From Candidatus Micrarchaeota archaeon (GTDB lineage Archaea; Micrarchaeota; Micrarchaeia; Norongarragalinales; UBA8480), in the NCBI GenBank assembly GCA_043805855.1, contig JAZDHP010000056.1, forward strand, positions 1 to 13,990: a DNA stretch of 13,990 nt. Reading direction: 5' to 3'. Below are positions 6,917 through 13,990 of this stretch, one piece after another. Within the stretch, counting starts at the first letter, position 1; every line of letters starts with the position of its first letter. The notes below the pieces were generated by a model that was not told where the DNA came from, did no database searches, and saw only the letters and a list, made by a program, of their open reading frames with translations. Both the position numbers and the translations under genes were made by a program.

Positions 6917-6962
6917 ACTTTTTAATTTCCTTTTTTCTTTACTTTTATTTATAGCTTCGTTT
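6917..6962 (+). terminator. T-rich tract between convergent genes, probable terminator
   Basis: CTTTTTAATTTCCTTTTTTCTTTACTTTTATTT follows the 6874 stop. Archaeal termination uses oligo-U tracts. Confidence 0.4.
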
Positions 6963-7640
6963 TTAATTTTCTTCTTTTCTAATAATTCGTAAAAGCATTT
7001 TTATTAAGTGTACAATTCCTGTTAGCTCCTTTACATTTCTAGGTGCATAACTACGTTCAGATGTACGAATAAGAAACGCACTACCGCCGTGTTTTAAAAC
7101 AACTTCAGCTGCCTCCGCGTCGCTGTCATCGTCTCCAAAAAAGTAAACCTCACCCTTAACGCTTTTTAATAATTTTTCAACCGCGCATTTTTTATCATTG
7201 AGTTCAACCGGTAGAATTTCAAACGCTTTCCTGCCAACGAAAACTTTGGCATTTATGGTTTTAGCTAGCTTTTCAACCAACGCTCGGAACGCATTTACTT
7301 TTACGCCACGCGCGTTACGGTAATGCACAACTGCGCCTATTGACGTTTTTTCAATTTCAATTCCCTTTTGCCATTTGAAATTACCAGCAGTTTTCCAAAT
7401 TAGTTTAACCTGCGCTGCTTTTACTCCCACAACGTTTCCTCGGCCAGGCAAGAGCATGACAAAATGCGGCAGTTGTACACGTAAGAATTTTTTCGGTCTA
7501 CCGCTTAAAACAATTACTTTCACCCCTGCAGCGCGTAATTTTTCTAAAACTCTTAGTGTTTTCGTGGCTATTTTTACTTTTTTTGGATCACGCCGTATCG
7601 CAGCCAAGGTACCGTCAAAATCAGCTATTACCGTTTTCAT
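6963..7640 (-). CDS. otsB: Trehalose-6-phosphate phosphatase (HAD IIB)
   Basis: DFDGTL, VLSGR, IEKT..AVVHYR, GRKAFEILP..DK and FGDDDSD motifs. Located directly downstream of otsA. Confidence 0.88.
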   Translation of the reverse strand: MKTVIADFDGTLAAIRRDPKKVKIATKTLRVLEKLRAAGVKVIVLSGRPKKFLRVQLPHFVMLLPGRGNVVGVKAAQVKLIWKTAGNFKWQKGIEIEKTSIGAVVHYRNARGVKVNAFRALVEKLAKTINAKVFVGRKAFEILPVELNDKKCAVEKLLKSVKGEVYFFGDDDSDAEAAEVVLKHGGSAFLIRTSERSYAPRNVKELTGIVHLIKMLLRIIRKEEN

Positions 7641-7651
7641 TTGCTATTCAC

Positions 7652-9091
7652 TTATTGAATTACAAGAGTTTTGATGAAGTTGTCCGCCCAGTTGAAAACC
7701 GTGTTTTGCGCTACTGTTTTTTTCATTTTGTTCATGCGTTGCTTTTTTTCTACTTCTGGCATTTCAAGCGCCTGTTCAATACCTTCGGCTATATTTTCAA
7801 TTAGAAATGGATTTACTTGCACCGCTTGTTCTAATTCCTCGCTAGCACCTGCAAATTGACTTAAAACAAGCATGCCGTTTCCGTCGTTACTTGCAATGAA
7901 CTCTTTAGCAACTAGGTTCATTCCATCGTGAAGCGACGTTACAAGACAAGTATCCGCAGCGCGATATAGAGCAATTATTTCTTTTAGCGGGACAAAATCA
8001 TTTATTAGAATTACTGGTTTCCAGTCTCCAATTGAATATTTCCAGTTAACCGCATCAGTAGCTGCTAACGTGTCTTCAAGTGCTTTTTTATACTCTGGCA
8101 AATTTGTGCGAGTAGGCGCAGCGATTTGCACAAGAGTAATTTTATTAACATAGCCTGGTTTACTAGTGAACAAATAGTCCAGCGCTTTAATTTTTTCACT
8201 TATCCCCTTTGTATAATCCATTCTATCTGCCGCTACGAGCAGTTTACGATCAAGTGCTTGGTAGCGCTTTCTTATTTTTCTCACATCGTCGTCGCTAACA
8301 CTGCGCACTTGTTGTGAAACGCCTTCATAGTCAATTCCAATTGGCAGCGTTTTCACAATACATTTACTATTTTCTTTTACAATTACTTCTCTTTCATTTA
8401 CTTTGCAATCAACTAGCTTTTGAGCTGTGTAAAGGAAGTTTTTCGTGTATTCGTTTGTATGAAAACCAATTAAATCGTTTTGTAGTAGACTTTCCAGCAG
8501 TTCTTTTTTCCACGGAAATATTTTAAACGCTTCAAAGCCAGGCCAAGGTATGTGCCAAAAGAACCCCGTTTTTACAGTTGGTTTTAATTTTTTCAAATAA
8601 GCAGCACATAAACTTAACTGATAGTCATTTATCCAAACAATTGTATTGTCGGTTATTTCCTGCGCTAGGCTCTCAGCCATTTTCTTATTCATTATCTTGT
8701 ACTGTTCCCACGCGTCTTCTTGAAAATGAGGCCGCACGTGGACAACATGAGACAACGGCCACAGCATAGAGTTAGACGCTAGCGCCAAGCCGCTTTCCTC
8801 TTCTTTTTTACTAAGCCAAACGCGTTTCAAAAGGTATTTATTTTCGCCGGGCGGAACGTTTACTTTATTTTTTGAATCAACAACTTCTTTATCCGCAGTG
8901 CCAAGGCCAAGTGCAACCCAAGTTCCACCGTATTTTTTCAAGAGCGAATCAAAAGCAGTTGGAACTCCGCCGGCAGTTCCCCGGCAGTGTATTTCACCGC
9001 CATGATAATAGTGAGCATAAGGTTCGCTTGTCGATGCAAGTAGAATTTTATTGTCCTTTAAAATCTCGTCAATTGTTTTTTCATTTGCCAT
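7652..9091 (-). CDS. otsA: Trehalose-6-phosphate synthase (GT20)
   Basis: AGGV, LWPLSH, WINDYQL, FFWHIPWP, DLIGFHT, DRMDYTKGI, SLHDGMNLVAKEF and LSQFAGA motifs. Confidence 0.95.
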   Translation of the reverse strand: MANEKTIDEILKDNKILLASTSEPYAHYYHGGEIHCRGTAGGVPTAFDSLLKKYGGTWVALGLGTADKEVVDSKNKVNVPPGENKYLLKRVWLSKKEEESGLALASNSMLWPLSHVVHVRPHFQEDAWEQYKIMNKKMAESLAQEITDNTIVWINDYQLSLCAAYLKKLKPTVKTGFFWHIPWPGFEAFKIFPWKKELLESLLQNDLIGFHTNEYTKNFLYTAQKLVDCKVNEREVIVKENSKCIVKTLPIGIDYEGVSQQVRSVSDDDVRKIRKRYQALDRKLLVAADRMDYTKGISEKIKALDYLFTSKPGYVNKITLVQIAAPTRTNLPEYKKALEDTLAATDAVNWKYSIGDWKPVILINDFVPLKEIIALYRAADTCLVTSLHDGMNLVAKEFIASNDGNGMLVLSQFAGASEELEQAVQVNPFLIENIAEGIEQALEMPEVEKKQRMNKMKKTVAQNTVFNWADNFIKTLVIQ

Positions 9092-9093
9092 TT

Positions 9094-10152
9094 TTATTTT
9101 CTCGAGGACTTTTTGTCAATAAAGTGTACTGTGCGTTGTGGGAACGGAATGTTAATACCTGCTTTTTTATAAGCTGTGTGAAGCGCTTTTACAAATTCAT
9201 GGGTAACTAAATACTGGTCAGTGAATTCCTTTACCCGCAAAATTATGGAAAAGTGTATGCCATTATCTCCAAAAGTATTGTAACGTATAAATGGGTCGAA
9301 ATTAGGCACTGCCCCTTTTGTTTTCTTCTGAATTAAACGCGCGGTTTCGATTGTTATTTTTTCAACTTTTTCTAAATCACTATCGTAGGAAACACTACAG
9401 GGAATTACAATAGACATATCCATTGTTGGCGCATAGTAATTAACAATCATAGCTTGCGCCATTTTGGAATTTGGAACAATTATCAAGTTGTTTGACAAAG
9501 TACGTATTTGCGTACTACGCCAGCCTATTGAAACCGCGTAGCCTTTTTGTCCATTTTCTAGTTCAATATAGTCGCCGACTTTTATCGGTCGGTCAACTGT
9601 CAAGTATACTCCCGCAAAGAAGTTAGAAAGCGTATCTTGAAAAGCAAGGGCAATTGCAAGGCCCCCAATTCCCAAAGCGGCGATTATTGGCGTTATTTCA
9701 ATACCCAAAGTACGCAAGATCATCGTTGCAGTTAGTACAATTATTATAACTTGGCCAATTCTGTGAGCGGTTGAAATAACTTCTTCCATTTTGTGCTTGC
9801 TTTTAGCGGCAACTTCTTCATTATACCATGCAACCATTGCATCTAGAAGCTTGGACAAAGTATAAGCAACTAGCAAAATTATAGCTATTTCAAAAATTGT
9901 TGACTTTATTGCAAGGCTCGTCAAACTAGTGTATTCAATCCCAATATGGAGCCCGATTATTATTAATGCAAAGTGAAGTGGATTTTCAATAGCATCTACA
10001 ATTTTGTCATCCAAAATAGTTTTGGTTTTGGAGGTTATTTTCTTCGCGGAAATTATTATTAAATGGTAAATAATCTTCGAAGCTATTAACGAAATCGCTA
10101 TTGTTGCAAATAGAATTACTATATCATCAAACGTAAACGGAATTGAAATCAT
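9094..10152 (-). CDS. mscS: Small-conductance mechanosensitive channel
   Basis: N-terminal TM helices, ALGIGGLAIALAFQDTLSNFFAG, PIKVGDYI, IGWRSTQIRT, VPNS and GINIPFPQR. Confidence 0.95.
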   Translation of the reverse strand: MISIPFTFDDIVILFATIAISLIASKIIYHLIIISAKKITSKTKTILDDKIVDAIENPLHFALIIIGLHIGIEYTSLTSLAIKSTIFEIAIILLVAYTLSKLLDAMVAWYNEEVAAKSKHKMEEVISTAHRIGQVIIIVLTATMILRTLGIEITPIIAALGIGGLAIALAFQDTLSNFFAGVYLTVDRPIKVGDYIELENGQKGYAVSIGWRSTQIRTLSNNLIIVPNSKMAQAMIVNYYAPTMDMSIVIPCSVSYDSDLEKVEKITIETARLIQKKTKGAVPNFDPFIRYNTFGDNGIHFSIILRVKEFTDQYLVTHEFVKALHTAYKKAGINIPFPQRTVHFIDKKSSRK

Positions 10153-10182
10153 TTTAGAAAACGTATATACTTAGTTTGTTTG

Positions 10183-10190
10183 TTAATAAA
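10183..10190 (-). promoter_or_regulatory. TATA box of mscS-otsA-otsB
   Basis: Minus-strand TTTATTAA lies 31-38 nt upstream of the mscS ATG. Confidence 0.45.
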
Positions 10191-10200
10191 GCCTTACACG

Positions 10201-10233
10201 TTCCACGATTGTGGATGTGCTTTTCCACGATTG
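10201..10233. repeat. 11-bp direct repeat TTCCACGATTG x2 in the divergent promoter
   Basis: Copies at 10201-10211 and 10223-10233 (22-bp period). The first is part of the palindrome TCCAC-GATT-GTGGA. Confidence 0.6.
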
Positions 10234-10280
10234 ACGAACCTAGTTGGTTAAATGCTAAGGCACCTTAATGAAATGCACTT

Positions 10281-11651
10281 ATGTCAAAACTTCACCATTA
10301 CGCTGAAATTGTAGGCGAAGAAAAAATTGAAGAAATTGAAAACCTCGGCTCTATTTTAAGCGAAAAATCAATGGCACACGTCAATGCTACTTTTTACGGC
10401 GGAGGAGTTGCAGAGATGCTTAACACCTATATCCCCCTGTTAAACGAAGCTGGTTTAAAAACCGAATGGCGTTTACTTAAGGGTAGCCGGGAGTTTTTTA
10501 ACGTCACGAAAAAAATGCACAACGCACTGCAGAGCGACAAAGTAAGTTTTTCAAAACAAGAACTTGAGTGCTATGAATCTACACTTGAAATGAACTCCTT
10601 AATTTCAAACTTAAATTGGTATGACTGTGTTGTTATTGATGACCCGCAACCGTGCGGATTGATTAACTTATATTCTCGCGAATCCCCCTCACTATGGAAG
10701 CCGCTTCCGGAGTTTTTACGCTTACCCATCCTGCAAAAAAAACAACCATGGGTTTGGCGAGTTCACATTGACTTATCTAACCCCAACCCTGCGCTTTGGC
10801 ATTACTTGAAAAAGTTCATAAAAAATTACGATGCAGTTGTAGTTTCGCACTTAAGCTATGCTACTGATATTTCTCGCCCAATTTTTGTGATGCCACCCGC
10901 AATTGACCCGCTAGCTGACAAAAACCGCTACCTCTCTGAAACCCAGGTTAACAAAATTCTTGAAAAACATGGAATTGACAGCAAGAGTGACGTTCCGCTA
11001 GTTACGCAAGTTTCTCGTTTTGACCCATGGAAAGATCCACTAGGAGTTATACGCGCGTTTAGAAAAGTACGCAAGTCACAAAAGTGCCAGTTGGTGTTAA
11101 TTGGAAGTATGGCGGCTGATGACCCCGAAGGTGGCGAAGTCTTCAACCGAATTTACCGCGCCGCTCAGCAAATGAAAGACGTTACTTTGATAACCGCACA
11201 AGATGACTTGCTGGTAAATGCATTGCAGCGCAAATCCGCCGTTGTAGTGCAAAAATCCATTAGAGAGGGATTTGGGCTAACTGTAAGCGAAGCCCTATGG
11301 AAAGGCACTCCTGTTGTCGGAGGAAACGTGGGCGGCATACCCTTGCAAATTAAAGACGGAGTTAACGGCTTTTTAGTTTCCAGCGATGCCGAATGCGCCG
11401 ATAGAATTGAATACTTGTTGAAAAACCCGAAAAAAGCAAGGGAAATGGGCGCAAATGGACGGGAAAACATTAGAGAAAATTTTTTGATAACGCGATTAGT
11501 TAAAGATGAATTGAACCTCTGTCGCGCAGTTACTGGACTTGCAGGAACTTCAAGTTTAATGAACGCGCCGCAGGACATTTTTAGAAGACTAACTCACGTG
11601 AAAAAGTTATTTCCGTTCAAAAACATTGCAAAGTTCATAAACGACGTTTAA
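10281..11651 (+). CDS. treT: Trehalose glycosyltransferring synthase TreT-like (GT4)
   Basis: HVNATFYGGGVAEML, FFNVTKKMHNALQ, DPQP, WVWRVHIDLS, PAIDPL..KN, QVSRFDPWKDPLGVI and QKSIREGFGLTVSEALWKG. Confidence 0.9.
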   Translation: MSKLHHYAEIVGEEKIEEIENLGSILSEKSMAHVNATFYGGGVAEMLNTYIPLLNEAGLKTEWRLLKGSREFFNVTKKMHNALQSDKVSFSKQELECYESTLEMNSLISNLNWYDCVVIDDPQPCGLINLYSRESPSLWKPLPEFLRLPILQKKQPWVWRVHIDLSNPNPALWHYLKKFIKNYDAVVVSHLSYATDISRPIFVMPPAIDPLADKNRYLSETQVNKILEKHGIDSKSDVPLVTQVSRFDPWKDPLGVIRAFRKVRKSQKCQLVLIGSMAADDPEGGEVFNRIYRAAQQMKDVTLITAQDDLLVNALQRKSAVVVQKSIREGFGLTVSEALWKGTPVVGGNVGGIPLQIKDGVNGFLVSSDAECADRIEYLLKNPKKAREMGANGRENIRENFLITRLVKDELNLCRAVTGLAGTSSLMNAPQDIFRRLTHVKKLFPFKNIAKFINDV

Positions 11652-11719
11652 CAAAGATAAAGCTCTGATTAACGCCGTCGAAAGCAATTAATTCTATGGC
11701 GAGCTAGTAGTTGAAACAC

Positions 11720-13054
11720 ATGATTAAAAAAACAATGCAGAGCGTATCTCCATTTGTCGGTATACTTGTGCTGGGCATTTTTCTACTACTGATAATAACA
11801 ATTATCCAAACTAGCGTTTTTGGAGTTGTCGAAGACGAAAAACACATTTACTTTGAAATAGTATTTTTACTACTACTTGCAATTGCTGGAGAATTAGCAG
11901 TTGTATATACCAAACAACCTAGCGTCATGATTTTAATGATCCTAGGTATTTTCATGAGTTCTAGTTTTCTAAACTTATCTTGGGAGTTTTTACATTCATT
12001 GCGGTTGCCTTTTACAATTCCAGACACTGCGCCTAATGTCCTAAGGCTTGAAAACATTATGCACGTTTTTGCACAACTTGGGGCAATTATTCTTTTGTTC
12101 AAAGTCGGCATGCATAATAAGTTAGAAAAGATATTTGCATTTGACAATCTTATCGTTGCATTAGCGGGGGTTATTTTGCCTTTTGCAGTTGGTTTCTTGT
12201 ACGCTAGCTACGCGGGCGGTAGTTTTGCATATTCAATGTTCATGGCAGCAGCGTTAACTGCAACTTCAGTTGGGGTGACGGTAGCTGTTTTAAAAGAATT
12301 TAAAGTAATGAACGCGCGATTTGCTGAAATAATTATAGGCGCGGCGGTTTTAGATGATATTTTGGGTCTACTTGTTTTATCGTTTGTAATAAACATAACC
12401 GGCGTTAGCGGCGAGGCATCAATTGTTTCTCTAGCGTTAACTCTCGTCACTGCAGTTGTTTTCTTGTTAGGCAGCGTCATGGCTGGAAAGTACTTTTTGA
12501 AGTATCTAGACAAAAAAGAATTGAACCCCAAGCGCTTTTTGTTAGTTTTAGCACTTGTATTTTTCTACGCGTACATGGCCGAGTTCATTAAACTATCTGC
12601 AATAGTCGGTGCGTTTATGGCGGGTATTATTTTAAACCAAAGCAAGCACCGTATTGAAATTGAAGAAAAGACCTACGGGTTAGAAATGCTATTCTTGCCA
12701 ATATTTTTCATTTCTCTTGGAACGTTTATAGACATAAATGCACTGTCGGTGTTTTTTGTTCCAATTTTAATTATAACCATTTTAGCAATTCTTACAAAAG
12801 TAATTGGTTGTGGTGTTGCTGGATTAATTGCGAAGTTAAAACCACTGGAAGCAGCAGCTGTTGGAATTGGAATGATGCCTCGCGGCGAAGTAGCTTTGAT
12901 AATAGCTGCAATTGGCTTGACTACTAAAATACTCACGCCCGCAGAGTATTCTGTAATCGCGTCAATGGCTTTACTAACTACGCTTATTGCGCCGCCGATT
13001 TTACAAACTTTAATTACAAAGATAAAAACAGCTGAACAACATGGTACTAATTGA
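11720..13054 (+). CDS. Cation:proton antiporter (CPA2/NapA-like)
   Basis: Many TM segments, LGAIILLFKVG, ALTATSVGVT, GAAVLDDILGL, PIFFISLG and GMMPRGEVAL. ATG 11720 is preferred; TTG 11711 is possible. Confidence 0.9.
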   Translation: MIKKTMQSVSPFVGILVLGIFLLLIITIIQTSVFGVVEDEKHIYFEIVFLLLLAIAGELAVVYTKQPSVMILMILGIFMSSSFLNLSWEFLHSLRLPFTIPDTAPNVLRLENIMHVFAQLGAIILLFKVGMHNKLEKIFAFDNLIVALAGVILPFAVGFLYASYAGGSFAYSMFMAAALTATSVGVTVAVLKEFKVMNARFAEIIIGAAVLDDILGLLVLSFVINITGVSGEASIVSLALTLVTAVVFLLGSVMAGKYFLKYLDKKELNPKRFLLVLALVFFYAYMAEFIKLSAIVGAFMAGIILNQSKHRIEIEEKTYGLEMLFLPIFFISLGTFIDINALSVFFVPILIITILAILTKVIGCGVAGLIAKLKPLEAAAVGIGMMPRGEVALIIAAIGLTTKILTPAEYSVIASMALLTTLIAPPILQTLITKIKTAEQHGTN

Positions 13055-13990
13055 AGGAATAATACTGCTAGTTTCGCTAACTATACTTGCAAAATCATCA
13101 AGCGTCGTAGTTGAAAACGCGGTTAAACTTTCGAAATTCTTTGGAATAAGTCAGCTTGCAGTTGGGTTTCTTTTGCTTTCGGTTTCAACTTCATTACCTG
13201 AATTGTCAGTTTCCGTTATTTCATCAACTGCGGGCAAGGGTGCAATTGCTGCAGGCAATGTTTTTGGTTCAAACATCGCAAATATATTGTTAATTCTAGG
13301 CGCAGGCGCCTTTCTGTATGGATTAAAAATAAGAAAAGAGACGCTCAAAGATATTTCACTAATACTCGTTTTAACAACGGTAATTTCGCTTTACATTATT
13401 TTTAACAGTTCAATAAGCGGCCAAGCGCTTGGCGCGCTCGAAGGAATTATTTTATTACTATTATTCCTCGGTTATGCCTTTTACGTTCTTAGGAAGCAGC
13501 CAATTAATGAAAATGGCATAAACAACGTCACTAAAAAAGAAGCGCTTTATGCTTTTTTGTATTTTTCAGCTTCAATTGCCATTGTTTTAATAAGCTCTAG
13601 CTTCGTCGTGGATTCCGCGGTGAAACTTGCAAAGATATTCAACATTGCAGAAAGTTTTATCGGCGCAACTATAATCGCAATTGGCACTTCGCTGCCTGAA
13701 TTGTCAATTGACCTCCAGGCAATTAGGAAAAAGCACTTTGGCCTGGCGCTTGGAGACGCTATTGGAAGCAACATGGTGAACTTAACTCTTGTTTTGGGCA
13801 CGGCGGCAATTATAAGTCCAATTCACATTCTCTTGCCGGTATTCATAGCAGCGTTGCTATTTGCAGTGCTTGCAAACATCGTTTTACTTTACTTCGCATC
13901 AGTTAACAAACAACTAGATAAATTCGGCGGAGCGTTATTTTTGTTAATATACGCGCTTTACATAATTGTAATCTTTTATCTTCAAATTCA
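13041..13990 (+). CDS. Calcium/sodium (CaCA family) antiporter, 3' truncated by the window end; absent from the ORF track
   Basis: Manual translation from ATG 13041 gives MVLIEGIILL...STSLPELSVS...GNVFGSNIANI (alpha-1) and later AIGTSLPELSI...GDAIGSNMVNL (alpha-2). It overlaps the upstream gene by 14 bp. Confidence 0.9.
   Translation, partial: MVLIEGIILLVSLTILAKSSSVVVENAVKLSKFFGISQLAVGFLLLSVSTSLPELSVSVISSTAGKGAIAAGNVFGSNIANILLILGAGAFLYGLKIRKETLKDISLILVLTTVISLYIIFNSSISGQALGALEGIILLLLFLGYAFYVLRKQPINENGINNVTKKEALYAFLYFSASIAIVLISSSFVVDSAVKLAKIFNIAESFIGATIIAIGTSLPELSIDLQAIRKKHFGLALGDAIGSNMVNLTLVLGTAAIISPIHILLPVFIAALLFAVLANIVLLYFASVNKQLDKFGGALFLLIYALYIIVIFYLQI

Noticed and set aside
6885..6922. 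Hairpin CAGAGG-CTCAA-CCTCTG followed by CCCTCCCTGCACTT, loosely like the tRNA 3' end (CCCTCTTCCCGCACTT), as a possible attR
   Set aside because: The match is short and gapped, and no integrase is present. It is indistinguishable from chance or a terminator region.
10202..10229. DnaA-box-like TCCAC motifs suggesting a replication origin
   Set aside because: The matches are partial, the context is archaeal, and no initiator gene lies nearby.
50..13801. Short alternative-frame and antisense ORFs in the track (e.g. 50-274, 1336-1548, 5075-5269, 7375-7674, 8872-9210, 11165-11578, 12208-12531, 13547-13801)
   Set aside because: They overlap well-supported genes or promoters and have no recognisable motifs, so they are shadow ORFs.
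1..13990. CRISPR array, rRNA, transposase or integrase
   Set aside because: No repeat-spacer periodicity, rRNA-like sequence or recombinase motif was seen.

Overview
Archaeal genomic window, probably a DPANN/Micrarchaeota-like lineage. That placement is inferred from the alpha2-type GlyRS, TATA boxes about 25-35 nt before starts and BHB-type tRNA introns. From left to right it holds: a CYTH/class IV adenylate cyclase-family gene; glyS on the minus strand; a divergent tRNA-Leu(CAA) gene (2197-2491) split by three BHB-type introns (37/38, 53/54, 59/60) that leave a 6-nt micro-exon; and a ~4.4 kb accessory block. That block has a small HTH gene, a small ORF and two antitoxin/regulator plus nucleotidyltransferase pairs (AbiE-like and wHTH + DUF6036-like). 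It is followed by an osmoadaptation cluster: mscS-otsA-otsB divergent from treT, then a CPA-family antiporter and a truncated CaCA exchanger. The most striking unexplained signal is a ~57-nt double-hairpin element with compensatory stem changes. It occurs both inside tRNA intron 1 and as an in-frame 19-codon insertion in the wHTH protein gene.
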